Part shown: piece by piece, positions 41,191 to 52,700 of the stretch | Numbering within the stretch: position 1 is the first letter of the stretch | Layout of the letters: every line of letters starts with the position of its first letter | Source: Candidatus Subterrananammoxibius californiae | GTDB lineage: Bacteria; Planctomycetota; Brocadiia; Brocadiales; Subterrananammoxibiaceae | NCBI GenBank assembly: GCA_030586555.1 | Contig: JAURAC010000003.1 | Span: forward strand, 32,001 to 96,000 | Direction: 5' to 3' | DNA length: 64,000 nucleotides | The notes under the pieces: model-generated | Seen by the model: the letters and a program-made list of their open reading frames with translations, nothing else | Database searches by the model: none | What the model was told of the DNA's origin: nothing | Position numbers and translations under genes: made by a program

Positions 41191-41904
41191 ATGTTCCCAT
41201 ATAGAGACAAAAATCCATCAGGAACCTTTCCTTTCGTTACGGTAGCCATTATAGTTGTCAATACAATTGTATTTATCTACGAACTCTCCTTAGGTCGCAA
41301 TTTAGAAGAATTTATCTACCTGTATGGCGTTATCCCTGCAAAGGTCATGCACTTCTTCAGTGTGCCTGGCGGAAATGCCAAATCGGTCTTCATGCCTTTT
41401 ATCACCTCCATGTTCTTACACGCTGGATTCATGCATCTTATAGGTAATATGTGGTATCTGTGGATTTTTGGGGATAATATCGAGGACCGATTAGGACATT
41501 TTAAGTTCTTAGCATTTTATTTAGTATGCGGTGTGGGGGCATCTATCATATTTTTATTCTTCGGCAGCAAATCCCTAGTACCTTGTGTAGGCGCAAGCGG
41601 GGCAATCGCAGGCGTTCTTGGGGCATATATGATTACGTTCCCGAAGGCAAGGGTAATGACTTTTCTAATACTTGGCTTCTTCTGGACACGTGTCGAACTT
41701 CCTGCTATTGTGGTATTAGGCTTCTGGTTTGTGATTCAGTTTTTTAGTGGCACCGCAGCCGTAGCTTCTCGAGATGTGGCGGGAGGAGGCGTAGCATGGT
41801 GGGCGCATATAGGGGGATTTATTATTGGTATTGCCCTGATGTACCTGTTCCCAAAAAGGAAGCCCATTAATCAGTGGCGGCGGTCGGGAATTAGAGGGGA
41901 TTAG
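41191..41904 (+). CDS. Rhomboid intramembrane serine protease
   Basis: SMFLHAG..HL.GNM, GASGA, AHIGG. Confidence 0.95.
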   Translation: MFPYRDKNPSGTFPFVTVAIIVVNTIVFIYELSLGRNLEEFIYLYGVIPAKVMHFFSVPGGNAKSVFMPFITSMFLHAGFMHLIGNMWYLWIFGDNIEDRLGHFKFLAFYLVCGVGASIIFLFFGSKSLVPCVGASGAIAGVLGAYMITFPKARVMTFLILGFFWTRVELPAIVVLGFWFVIQFFSGTAAVASRDVAGGGVAWWAHIGGFIIGIALMYLFPKRKPINQWRRSGIRGD

Positions 41905-42066
41905 GGAGCCCATCGTTTGTTTTGACTTAATTTTTTTCAAAACCTGTTCCTGACAGGTTCATGAAAAGGTAAAATTACGTATAGTGTCCCCAGAATTACC
42001 AGCGGTGGGTTTCTCGAAGGTGAAGCGTGACGTTAAGCAGAAGAATTAAAAAACAGGTTTAGATTT

Positions 42067-42294
42067 GTGAAGATAAAATTTTCTCGTCACGCGAAAAGGA
42101 GAGCAAAGCTATATAAAATTCAGGAATCAACAATTTTAAAAATTTTGCAAGGTATCGAATTATCTAAAGGAACTCATGAAATTATAGAAAATGTTGAAGG
42201 ATTTGAGTATCCCCTTAAAATCATAATTGCCGTTGAAAATGATATAATAACAGTAATAACAAACTATCCTTTAAAGAAAGGAAGAAAAAAATGA
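42067..42294 (+). CDS. DUF4258-like putative toxin
   Basis: FSRHAKRR...ITVITNYP; coupled to DUF2283. Confidence 0.7.
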   Translation: MKIKFSRHAKRRAKLYKIQESTILKILQGIELSKGTHEIIENVEGFEYPLKIIIAVENDIITVITNYPLKKGRKK

Positions 42295-42527
42295 AGGTCT
42301 ATTACGACGACGAAGTAGATGCTTTGTATTTAAAGTTAGGAGATGAGTCGCCAGAAGGTGTTATAGAAATTTCAGAAGGAGTTAATTTAGATACAACTTC
42401 TGAAGACAAGATAGTGGGTATCGAAATCCTGAATGCATCTAAAAAAATAGATTTAAAAACAATACTGTCTTACTCACTTGAATTTGATAAAGAATTAATA
42501 ACTCAAAAGACAGTTTTAGAAGATTAA
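42291..42527 (+). CDS. DUF2283 putative antitoxin
   Basis: YDDEVDALYLKL...IVGIEILNAS. Confidence 0.88.
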   Translation: MKVYYDDEVDALYLKLGDESPEGVIEISEGVNLDTTSEDKIVGIEILNASKKIDLKTILSYSLEFDKELITQKTVLED

Positions 42528-42531
42528 GGGA

Positions 42532-43617
42532 TTACGTCTTTTGTAACTGTGCACAGCGGATGCCTTCGGGGTTCCAGCACTGGTTGCAGGATATGCAGTC
42601 AGCTTTAGTTTTAACGCCTTCCCTTAGCTTGTTGACTAAATCTGGTTCACGGATTAAAGGGCGGCTCAATGCAACCATATCTGCCTTCTTATCCCTGATT
42701 ATACCTTCCATTACTTCAACCGACCTGATGCCGCCAACACAGATGACAGGAACGGAGACGCACTGCTTAATCCGCCGTGCATTATCGGAGAAATATGCTT
42801 CGTCTTTTTTGCTTTTGATTTCAGCCCTTGCCGTAACAGCCCCAGCCTCGGCAATACCACCGCTAACCTCTATGGCATCAATTCCATGGTTGTCCAGCAT
42901 AATCGCAATTAGAACACTTTCTTTTATGTCCAAACCACCACTAATTCCATCCATTGAATTGAGTTTTATAAGTATTGGATAATCATTCCCAACCTCTTTC
43001 CTGCATTCCTTCAAGACCTCGATTAATATTCTTGCCCTGTTTTCAATACTTCCTCCCCACTTATCTGTTCTGCGATTGGTGTAAGGCGATATAAACTCGC
43101 TCAGTAGGTATCCATGCGCCGCATGAAGTTGTACGCCGTCAAATCCTGCCTCTTTTGCCCGTCTGGCAGACTGCCCAAAGCATTTAATAATGTCGAGGAT
43201 GTCGCTTTCGCTCATCTCCTCTGGCGTTACACCAGAACTCGAATCCGTAATGGCAGATGGGGCAATGGGTATGCATCCGCATATTTCGGGTTTTGTTTGT
43301 CTGCCTCCGTGGGCTATTTGAAGCGCTATCTTCGCCTTATACTTATGTACCCGTTTTACTATCTTTTTATACGCAGGAATGAATTTATCGTCGTATATTG
43401 CCGCCTGCTTAAGGCTGCTCTTTCCATCTGGACGAACGTAGGCATAGCCTGTAATGATTAGCCCTACGCCACCCTTTGCCAGTTCCTCATACATGTCTCC
43501 TAAGCGGTTGGTTACGTATCCTTCGCTATCCACCAGGGATTCATTTGTGGCGGAACGGACGAATCTGTTAGGAATTTCCATGTTGTTTATCGTTATGGGT
43601 TTAAAAAGCAGGGGCAT
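42532..43617 (-). CDS. NADH:flavin oxidoreductase (Old Yellow Enzyme family)
   Basis: NRFVRSAT, QIAHGG, HAAHGYL, NRRTD.WGG, CISCNQC. Confidence 0.92.
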   Translation of the reverse strand: MPLLFKPITINNMEIPNRFVRSATNESLVDSEGYVTNRLGDMYEELAKGGVGLIITGYAYVRPDGKSSLKQAAIYDDKFIPAYKKIVKRVHKYKAKIALQIAHGGRQTKPEICGCIPIAPSAITDSSSGVTPEEMSESDILDIIKCFGQSARRAKEAGFDGVQLHAAHGYLLSEFISPYTNRRTDKWGGSIENRARILIEVLKECRKEVGNDYPILIKLNSMDGISGGLDIKESVLIAIMLDNHGIDAIEVSGGIAEAGAVTARAEIKSKKDEAYFSDNARRIKQCVSVPVICVGGIRSVEVMEGIIRDKKADMVALSRPLIREPDLVNKLREGVKTKADCISCNQCWNPEGIRCAQLQKT

Positions 43618-43888
43618 TTTTTGTTCTCCATTTTGACTTTACAACCACTCCTAAATCCCCTCCTCTGCAAGGAGGGGAAAGGGGAGGTAATTCAACGATT
43701 TAATTATTAGCATAAAACTATAAATTTTACAATTAGATTCACTTTCCTCACTACAAGCTTACAATATTGAAAACTTTTTAGAATATGTTTGACACACATA
43801 GGTATAAATGGTTAATATCCTTCATGGCGAATCCTTATGAACTTGAGTTAATTTTTTATTTGTCCATTATTAAGTGAGGGGAGGAAAG

Positions 43889-44875
43889 ATGCCTCGGTAC
43901 GATAGATACCCGGAATTTGATTTTAGTAATTTGCCGTGGGGAAAGATAAAAAAAGCCGCTATTCCGATTATTATTGGAATCGTCGTTATTGTAGGGGCTT
44001 TTTCTTCATTCTTCACCGTGAAAGCCAACGAAGAGGCGGTAATCTTGAGATTTGGTAAATACGTAGAAACGATGGGTCCAGGGCTTCACCTTAAATTGCC
44101 ATTTGGAGTAGACAAGGTATTGCGTGCTGAAGTAAAACGCATTTATAACGAGGAATTTGGTTTTAGAACCATTGGTACGGGGAGTTTTGACTATACTTCT
44201 CCTGCAGTGCAAGCAGAGTCCCTTATGTTAACAGGTGATTTGAACTGCGCCAATGTGCATTGGGTGATTCGATACAAGATAGGAAACCTTAAAGATTACC
44301 TTTTTAATGCGCGAGATGTAAAGGATGCAATAAGAGGGGTTTCTCAGGCTGTTATGAGACAGTTAGCGGGGGATAGGTCTATTGATGAGGTTTTAACCAT
44401 TGGTAGAACGGAAATAGAGGATGCAACACGTGCTGCGGTTAAGGAGCTTCTTGATAAGTTTGGCTGTGGCATAGATGTCCAGGCAGTGCTTTTGAAGGGA
44501 GTAAACCCGCCTGCCCCAGTAAAGGATGCCTTTGATGCGGTAAACCAGGCTGTACAGCTCAGGGATAAGATTATAAACGAGGCTGAGGGACAGAAAAACA
44601 AGCTGCTTCCGGCAGCGGAGGGTAAAAAGAACCAGGCAATTAAGGAAGCCGAGGGTTATAGAGTTAAACGAATAAACCAGGCAACAGGGGATACAAAGGC
44701 ATTTCTTGTGGTCTACGAAGAGTATAAAAAGGCAGAGGATGTTACACGCAGGAGACTCTATCTTGAAACAATGGCAAAAATCCTTTCAAAGTGTGAGAAG
44801 CTCTACATAATTGATGAAGAACAAAAGGGCATCCTGCCAATGCTCAGGCTCGGAGAGGAAGGGGATAAAAAATGA
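43889..44875 (+). CDS. hflK: FtsH modulator HflK
   Basis: SPFH domain, MLTGDLN, VTRRRLYLETM. Confidence 0.95.
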   Translation: MPRYDRYPEFDFSNLPWGKIKKAAIPIIIGIVVIVGAFSSFFTVKANEEAVILRFGKYVETMGPGLHLKLPFGVDKVLRAEVKRIYNEEFGFRTIGTGSFDYTSPAVQAESLMLTGDLNCANVHWVIRYKIGNLKDYLFNARDVKDAIRGVSQAVMRQLAGDRSIDEVLTIGRTEIEDATRAAVKELLDKFGCGIDVQAVLLKGVNPPAPVKDAFDAVNQAVQLRDKIINEAEGQKNKLLPAAEGKKNQAIKEAEGYRVKRINQATGDTKAFLVVYEEYKKAEDVTRRRLYLETMAKILSKCEKLYIIDEEQKGILPMLRLGEEGDKK

Positions 44876-45831
44876 GAGGGAACTTGATAGCCGTTATTGT
44901 AGGAATTGCCATTATAGCTATTGTGATTATTCTTAACAGCGCCCTTTATGTAGTAGATATTCGAGAACAAGCCATAGTAACCCAATTCGGCAAACCTGTT
45001 AGAGCCGTACCTATGCCAGGACTTTATAGTAAAATCCCCTTCATTCAAACGGTAAGATACTTCGACAAGAGGATACTGGAATGGGATGGGGAACCAAGCG
45101 ATATACTTACACGGGATAAGGAGAATATAGGGGTAGATACATGGGCAAGGTGGCGGATTGTTGACTCACTAAAATTTTATACCTCTTTGGGGACTGAGAG
45201 TCGAGGACAAGGAGTGCTTGATGAAGTTATCGAGTCGGCAACAAAGAATGTAGTTAGTGCATATCCTTTAAAAGAGGTCCTTAGGGATTCTAATCGCAAA
45301 CTCGAATATACAACTAAAGAGTTGGAAGAGGCTGAAATTGCCAAAGGTATCTCTATTACAAAAGGGCGTAACAGGCTTTTAGAAGAAATCTATCAGATGG
45401 CATCGCGAGGGCTTGAAGATAAGTATGGGATAGAACTTATTGACGTTAGGATTGAGTTCATAAATTATGTGCAGGCAGTCATCCCCAAGATATACGACAG
45501 GATGCGTTCCGAGCGCATAAGGATAGCTAATAAGTACGAATCGGAAGGCAGAAGGGAGGAAGCAGAGATTCTCGGTTTAATGAAACGTGAACTCGAAAGA
45601 ATAGAATCTGAGGGTTATAAAGAGGCAAAGGAAATAATGGGACAGGCAGACGCTGAAGCTATTAAGATTTACGCCGAGGCATATCAGAAGGCGCCAGAAT
45701 TTTATTCATTCTTAAAGACCTTAGAGACATACGAAAAAACCTTCGACAAAAATACAAACCTCATTCTGAGCACCGATGGAGACTACTTCAAATACCTAAA
45801 AACCTATGCAGAGGAGAAAGGTCAGGATTAA
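44872..45831 (+). CDS. hflC: FtsH modulator HflC
   Basis: QFGKP, FDKRI, RMRSER, PEFYSFLKTLETY. Confidence 0.95.
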   Translation: MRGNLIAVIVGIAIIAIVIILNSALYVVDIREQAIVTQFGKPVRAVPMPGLYSKIPFIQTVRYFDKRILEWDGEPSDILTRDKENIGVDTWARWRIVDSLKFYTSLGTESRGQGVLDEVIESATKNVVSAYPLKEVLRDSNRKLEYTTKELEEAEIAKGISITKGRNRLLEEIYQMASRGLEDKYGIELIDVRIEFINYVQAVIPKIYDRMRSERIRIANKYESEGRREEAEILGLMKRELERIESEGYKEAKEIMGQADAEAIKIYAEAYQKAPEFYSFLKTLETYEKTFDKNTNLILSTDGDYFKYLKTYAEEKGQD

Positions 45832-45891
45832 TTTACAAATCACGCCTGTGTGAGTCTTAGATTCTTGCCTACGCAAGCCTTTGATTCTCAG

Positions 45892-46137
45892 TTATATCAA
45901 TTTTTTTAGCCATCTGTAATGCAAGACAAGATGGACTACCATGATTACTATTAAGATTAGAGCAATGTAAGCATGAATGCTCGCCCAGGTGTGTCGGCAC
46001 ATCCCTGCAAACGGCGTACAGGCAGGGTTGCCATGCCCTCTCGGGATGACAAACCAGATAATAAAACCCGTTGATACCGTAAATAGAGATAGAAAAAGCA
46101 TTATTAAGTTTATCGTGTTATTAAAATTTCTTTTCAT
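45892..46137 (-). CDS. DUF4405-like small membrane protein
   Basis: STGFI..W..IH..HLVLHYRW. Confidence 0.7.
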   Translation of the reverse strand: MKRNFNNTINLIMLFLSLFTVSTGFIIWFVIPRGHGNPACTPFAGMCRHTWASIHAYIALILIVIMVVHLVLHYRWLKKLI

Positions 46138-46481
46138 TATACCCCTCCTGTATAGCTCAGAAGCTTTGCCTCTCGCAATGATACACTGTGCGCCTTCTTT
46201 TGGTATAGTAATTGCGTAATGTTATAGGTTACCTGTTGTAGAGAAGCAAAAATAAAAATAATATAAATTTATAAAGTAGGATTATACTACATTTTTTATT
46301 ATCTTACATGCTGGAAATTTTTGAAGCATTTAATAGAAGACACTATGGTGCATTCAGAACACACAAAGTCCGTCGTCTACCATAAACATACTCGATACCA
46401 TGGTAGACCACGAAGTTTCTTACGCATAAGGTGTATTGGTATTTCAACTTTTTAAAAAACATGGGCGGGGAAAATGGGAAA

Positions 46482-48251
46482 ATGGCAATTAACAGGAGGT
46501 TTTTTGGGAGCATCGGGAAGAAAATCCTGCTATGGTTTCTAATCATATCCATTATACCTGCCGGAGGCATGACCTTTATAAGTTACTGGCATAGTAAGAA
46601 ATTATTAAAGGAACAGCTTACCGAACTTCTCGAACGCACAGTCGACATGGTGAGCAAAGAAGTTTACTGTCTCTTAGAGGCTAAGAAGTCAAGGATAGTA
46701 AATTTTAGTTCCGATGGATTTATCAGGGAGGCTGTTACGGCAATAAACTCTGGAGTGGCTGAGAGTAAAAGGGTAGTCAAAGAACTCAACTATCACCTGT
46801 TAGTAAACAAGCTTCCATTAGATTCTGATATTATGGAGATTTTTATTACCGATTTGGATGGAAAAGTCATTGGCTCTACTAATGAAATACGGTTAGAAAC
46901 TGATGTCTCAGATGCAAATTATTTCATCGAGGGACGGAGGCGTGAGCTTTACTTTAGTGACGTACACTGTTTTAACAATGAATATGAGCCCATAGTAACC
47001 GCGTCCAAGGTCTTAACAAATGTAAGAACGAACGACCCTGTAGGAATGTTAGTGATTATCATAAAAGGAGACGTCCTTTGCAATATTACCAGAAGCTGGG
47101 ATAATACAAAAGACAACAGTACCCCCAGATTCCGCGGCATGGGTCTCACGGGGGATGTCTACGTTGTCAATGGAGACTACCTGATGATTACGGAATCGAG
47201 ATTTGTAGAAAACACTATTTTGAGACAGGTAGTAGATACCAAACCCGTGAAAAGAGCCTTCACGCGAGGAGAAGAAATGTCCGGGGTTTACTTAGATTAT
47301 AGGGGGTCTGAAGTCCTCGGAACCTCAAGATTAATAGATGAAATGGGGTGGGTAATTGTAGCAGAAAAGGAACTGGCTGAGGCAATTGAACCTATAAATG
47401 GGTTAAGGAACATTGGTATAGGTTTAAGCAGTGTGGGCGCAGTGGTTGTCATAATTGTTGCCTTCTCTATTGCACGCAGTCTAACTAACCCCTTTCACAA
47501 ACTCGTTACAGCAATGGAAAAGGTGGCAGAAGGCAACCTGGATTACCACATATTAACCACCGCGAAGGATGAGATTGGATATCTCTCAAATTCCTTTAAC
47601 GTAATGACTGATAGCCTTAAAGAGGCAAAGACACGACATGAAAGTGACATCAAGATACTCAAGGAAACCCAGCTCACAACAATGGTCAGGTTAGCGATGC
47701 TTGCCGAAAAAAGAGACCCCGAAACAGGGGAGCATCTCGACAGGATAAAGGAATATTCAAGATTGATTGCCGTAGGATTACGCCGCACAGAAAAATATAA
47801 AAAATTTGTTAATGATAAATTTATTGAGATGCTGGTTCAATCAAGCCCGCTTCATGATATAGGAAAGGTTGCCATCCCTGATAGTATACTCTTGAAAAAA
47901 GGAAGTTTAACAAAAGATGAATTTGAGATAATGAAACAACATACCATTAAAGGCGCAGAAATCCTTAAAGGTCCTGAATTTTTAAAGATGGGTTATGAGA
48001 TTGCCCTTTACCATCATGAAAAATGGGATGGGAGTGGCTATCCCTATGGTCTTTCTGATGGCGCTATCCCGCTTTCTGCAAGGATTGTTGCCCTGGCGGA
48101 TATGTACGACGCCCTTACCACTAAAAGGGTCTATAAAGAAGCCGTGCCGCACAAGGAAGCCTACTCAATTGTACTTAGTGAATCAGGAAAATCGTTCGAC
48201 CCGGAAGTTGAACAGGTATTTAAAGATATTGTAGGAAATTTATTGAATTAA
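46482..48251 (+). CDS. Cache-HAMP-HD-GYP phosphodiesterase
   Basis: Two TMs, HAMP (DEIG.L), PLHDIGK, HHEKWDGSGYP. Confidence 0.9.
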   Translation: MAINRRFFGSIGKKILLWFLIISIIPAGGMTFISYWHSKKLLKEQLTELLERTVDMVSKEVYCLLEAKKSRIVNFSSDGFIREAVTAINSGVAESKRVVKELNYHLLVNKLPLDSDIMEIFITDLDGKVIGSTNEIRLETDVSDANYFIEGRRRELYFSDVHCFNNEYEPIVTASKVLTNVRTNDPVGMLVIIIKGDVLCNITRSWDNTKDNSTPRFRGMGLTGDVYVVNGDYLMITESRFVENTILRQVVDTKPVKRAFTRGEEMSGVYLDYRGSEVLGTSRLIDEMGWVIVAEKELAEAIEPINGLRNIGIGLSSVGAVVVIIVAFSIARSLTNPFHKLVTAMEKVAEGNLDYHILTTAKDEIGYLSNSFNVMTDSLKEAKTRHESDIKILKETQLTTMVRLAMLAEKRDPETGEHLDRIKEYSRLIAVGLRRTEKYKKFVNDKFIEMLVQSSPLHDIGKVAIPDSILLKKGSLTKDEFEIMKQHTIKGAEILKGPEFLKMGYEIALYHHEKWDGSGYPYGLSDGAIPLSARIVALADMYDALTTKRVYKEAVPHKEAYSIVLSESGKSFDPEVEQVFKDIVGNLLN

Positions 48252-48259
48252 AAAAGGAC

Positions 48260-49042
48260 CTACGTATCTGGCAGGTCAAACTTTTTATATTTCTTCAGAT
48301 AACGTACAATGCAATAAAATACAAAGATAGGTATGAGGCATAGAGACAAAACCAGCATACTCCTTTTTCTTGAGGCGTATCCAAAGTACAGAAACTCTTC
48401 CCATATCTCCAAGAAGATGGCACTACTAACCCATATACAAATTAAGTTGTATTCCTTCTTTAAGAAGCGGGTCCAATTAAATGTTCCACCACTAAGCGTA
48501 TTTCGGATGCCGGTGAAACGTGGAATGAATCGAGGCACACGCTTGCAATATGCCTCATACTCCGCTCCAAACTTCTCTTTAAGAAATGACTCCTCAGCCA
48601 CGACAATTGCCAAATAGCCAAATAGGAAGAAACTAAACCCGAGGATATATACCCATATTGAATTATAAATGATGCCCAAGCCAATAAGAATCAAGATATT
48701 CCCAAGGTATAGCGGATTACGTGAATGGGCGAAGATGCCACCAGTTACCAGCCTATCTGCTGCTATTTTCTTATCCCTTCCTCCCCGCTTGATGTAGTCA
48801 TGCCCTATAGTCAATGCCCGTAATACCTGTCCTGACAGAGCAACAGTAAAGCCTACGCCATCCATGCAGTTATCCAGAAGTTCGCTTCCAAAAATAAATT
48901 TTGGCCTTGTGCTGAAAATTAATATGAAATCAACCAGGAAAAATACGGTATTCCGCCAGCGGAAGAGGAAGACTCCGACCTTTATAATGAACTGTCGAAA
49001 GATAGAGGCATACCACGAACCTAATTCTGCTTTGGTTGTCAT
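48260..49042 (-). CDS. ICMT/PEMT-family membrane methyltransferase
   Basis: LVTGGIFAHSRNPLYLG, EE.FL..FG..Y..YC..VPRFIP. Confidence 0.85.
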   Translation of the reverse strand: MTTKAELGSWYASIFRQFIIKVGVFLFRWRNTVFFLVDFILIFSTRPKFIFGSELLDNCMDGVGFTVALSGQVLRALTIGHDYIKRGGRDKKIAADRLVTGGIFAHSRNPLYLGNILILIGLGIIYNSIWVYILGFSFFLFGYLAIVVAEESFLKEKFGAEYEAYCKRVPRFIPRFTGIRNTLSGGTFNWTRFLKKEYNLICIWVSSAIFLEIWEEFLYFGYASRKRSMLVLSLCLIPIFVFYCIVRYLKKYKKFDLPDT

Positions 49043-49764
49043 TTTAGTGCCACCATCCCACAAAAGCTATACCACTTGAAGAAAACATCGTGACCTGTAA
49101 AACCTGCTTTAATTAAAAGCTCCTTGTTTTCATCTAATCGGTAAGGGATGAGGATGTTTTCTAAAGCCTCCCTCTTTTGTGATATTTCCAATTCCGTATA
49201 TCCATTTCGTTTCTTCATCTCGTAGTAATATTTAATGAACATTCTGTTAAACGGCGAATTATTGCCCAATACTTTTTCGACGAGGATTAAACAACCGTTT
49301 TCATTCAATCCATCAAAAATACTCTTTACCACATGGTCTCGATACAAAGGGCGTACAAATTGAAGGGTTAAATTCATAACCACAACGGATGCATTTGTAA
49401 CACGGACCCCATTATTTAAGTCTGAACAAATAAGCTCGTATTCTTTTGAAAAATTGTTTTTAGAAAATCTTTCTTTGCATTTATCAAGCATATCTTGCGA
49501 ATAGTCAAGCCCGATGTATTTAACATTCCTTTTTACAGCCTTGTATATGTTGAAAAGAGTAATGCCTGTGGAACATCCCAAATCATAAATATTAGTACCG
49601 TCCACTGCAAAATCTGCAGCTATTTCGCCTATCATCCTCTGTATTTCATTATAGAAGGGGACAGAACGTTCGAGCATGTCATCAAAAACTGACGCTGTCT
49701 CCTTTCCAAAATTAAAGTCAAACATCTTCTCTTTTTTATTCGCAAATAATTCGTCTTTACCCAT
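49039..49764 (-). CDS. cmoA: Carboxy-SAM synthase
   Basis: FDDMLERSVPFY, YDLGCSTG, TLQF, EISQKREALEN. Confidence 0.88.
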   Translation of the reverse strand: MGKDELFANKKEKMFDFNFGKETASVFDDMLERSVPFYNEIQRMIGEIAADFAVDGTNIYDLGCSTGITLFNIYKAVKRNVKYIGLDYSQDMLDKCKERFSKNNFSKEYELICSDLNNGVRVTNASVVVMNLTLQFVRPLYRDHVVKSIFDGLNENGCLILVEKVLGNNSPFNRMFIKYYYEMKKRNGYTELEISQKREALENILIPYRLDENKELLIKAGFTGHDVFFKWYSFCGMVALK

Positions 49765-49796
49765 TTTGCAATGTTATATCACATTAAAAAAAATAG

Positions 49797-52700
49797 TCAA
49801 GTCTTACCTATTTTTTTGAAAAAAAGTCGCATCCTCTCAAAGAGTTCATAAACCGTGGGGATTACGACAAGGGTTAGAATAGTGGATGCGGCGAGTCCTC
49901 CTATAACGGTTATGCCCATTGGGGACCTCAACTCGGCACCTTTCCCTATGCCGAGGGATAGTGGAATTAAGCCTAATATAGTTGTTAACGTAGTCATTAA
50001 GATTGGTCTCAAGCGCATTTTGCCAGCTTCTATGATTGCCTCTCTTCTTTCTAATCCTTCCTGTCTGCGCCTGTTAATGCAGTCTATCAGTACAATGGCA
50101 TTATTAACGACTATTCCAGAAAGCATAACTACTCCAATAAGCGCTACGATGCTTATTAACTGCCTGGTTATATATAATGCGAGTGCAACGCCTATAATTC
50201 CAAAAGGTATAGTAAACATTATAACGAATGGATGAAGTAACGATTCGAACTGAGCCGCCATTACAAGATAAACAAGAAATATTGCCAGCGCCCCGGCAAA
50301 AACCATGCTCGGTACGGCAATACGCATCTCACGACTTTGTCCACTTACACGTATTTCATAATCCTTTGGCAGGAAAATGTTAGCCATTCTTTTTTCTATC
50401 TCTTGTATAGCAGTTTTTAGGTCCGTGCCTTTGATGTTTGCATAGACCACGACGACACGATTGCGGTCAATTCGCCTGATTTCGCTTGGCCCTTCTTCTA
50501 TCCCGATATCTGCAACAGAGCCTAAGGTGACAGGTATTTTGGCTTCAGGATTTATTACAAGTCTTTTAATGTCTTCAACGCTTTCCACATCGGGTCTTCT
50601 TGCCCTTACACGGACGTCTATCTTGCGGTCTCGCCTGGAAAACTCGGTACCCACCTCCCCTAATACATTGCTTCTTATAAGAGAGCCAACCGTATCAATA
50701 TTTAAGCCGAGCTGGGCGAGCTTCTGGCGGTTAAAGACGATTTGAATCTCAGGGTTACCTTGCCTCGGTGGGCTGGGTTTAATATCCGTTACCCAGGGGA
50801 TTGGCTTAAATGCCGCGAGCACCTGTTCAGAGATTTTTTCGAGGATTCTCAAGTCGTACCCCTTAATCTCTACCTCAATCGGCGTGGCCAACGAAAAGTA
50901 TGCAGGACGAGAGAACTTATTTTCCACTGCCGGACTGTCTTTAAAAGCATCTCGAAGGCTATCTATTACCTGTTCCTCTTGCTCAGGGGTTACGTCATCT
51001 TTAAGGGTCACGTTTATTCCCCCAACATATTCACGTTCCTCGCTTGCAGAGCCCCCGGATTGGCTGGTGGAACCAGCAATACTATAGATTTTTTTTACGT
51101 AAGGATTTCTCATTACAATCCCTTCCATTTGTTTTATAGTATCGAGGGTTATTTCAAGGGGTGTGCCTGCTGGTTTTTTTATGTTAATAAAGAACTCGCC
51201 CTGGCTCATTTCAGGAATCAACTCCATACCTAAACCTTTATAAGCAAACCAGGAACTGCCGAGCGCCGCTATCGTACATCCAATCACTATTAATTTATGT
51301 GAGATTGCAAAACTGATTACCTTTGGATATGTTCTTTCTACTGCTGAATAGACAAGATTAAAGACCTTCAGGAAGGGATACAACACCACTAAGAAGCCCT
51401 TCTGAACAAGTAAGAGGAGGAGTTCAAATATTGCCCAGTTTGATAATGAGGCTAACATTGGAATCAAGGTAATTGCTACAAAAAGCGATGTAAGCAATGA
51501 AAAGCACACGGTTAACGCTGTATCTCTAAAAAGCTGCCCTGCAATTCCCTTGACGAATACTATGGGAAAGAATACACAAACGGTGGTAAACGTTGAAGCC
51601 ATTACGGCAGACACAACATCACTTGCTCCACGATTGGCGGCCTCAAAAGAATTTAACCCTTTTTGCCGATAACGTTCGATGCTTTCGAGCACAACAATAG
51701 AATTATCAACCAGCATACCAATTCCAAGCGCTAAGCCTCCGAGGGACATGATATTGAGCGAAACACCAGAAATATACATAAAAAAGAAGGTTGCCACAAT
51801 GGAAAGAGGGATAGAAAAACCGATAATCAGGGTGGTCTTAAGCGTTCTCAAGAAGAAGAACAATATTATTACTGCCAGGATGCCACCCAATATGGCGGTG
51901 TTGACAACTTCTTTTATGGATTGTTCAATGAACCTGGACTGGTCAAAGACAATCTCCATTTTCAGGTTATTAGAAAATTTTTTCAGTGATTCGTTCAATC
52001 CTTCTAATTTTTCCTTAATAAGCCTTGCTACCGTAACGGTATTAGCATCCGCCTCTTTAAATATAGCAATTTCCAGGCTTTCCCTGCCATTCAAGCGGGT
52101 TATTACACTTCTTTCTTTATAACCTTTTGTTACGGTTGAAACATCGCCAAGTACGATTGGCACATTATTTTTGACGTCAAGTACGATGTCATCAATCTCC
52201 TCAACACGCTTGAATTCATTAAAGGTACGTATCAGATATTCTGCTTCGCCTTCCTTGATGCTGCCACCTGTTAAGTTAACGTTTTCCTCTTTCAGGCGGG
52301 CAGCGACCTTTGAGATTGGTATGCCGAGGCTGGCAAGTTTAGCCTCTTGAATTTCAACGTGTATCTCTTCCTGAAGGCCGCCGCTGACCTTTACAGCGGC
52401 AACGCCCCCACGGCCACTAAGACCCGCGCCTAAAAGGCTACCGCCTTCCCTTACCTCTCCAGCAAGGCCTTCTAATACTGGTTTTATCTCCTCCTCTGCA
52501 ATTAGACGCAATGCAACAAGGCTTTCCTCACCATAAAGGCTGATGCGCATGATAGGGTCAAGGGATGGGTCAAAACGCAATAGCACAGGCTGCTCAGCCT
52601 CTTTTGGAAGCGTTACAAGGTCGAGCTTCTCTCGTACATTAAGAGATGCGAAGTCCATGTTGGTCTTCCAATCAAATTCAATTACCACGTCTGAAACATC

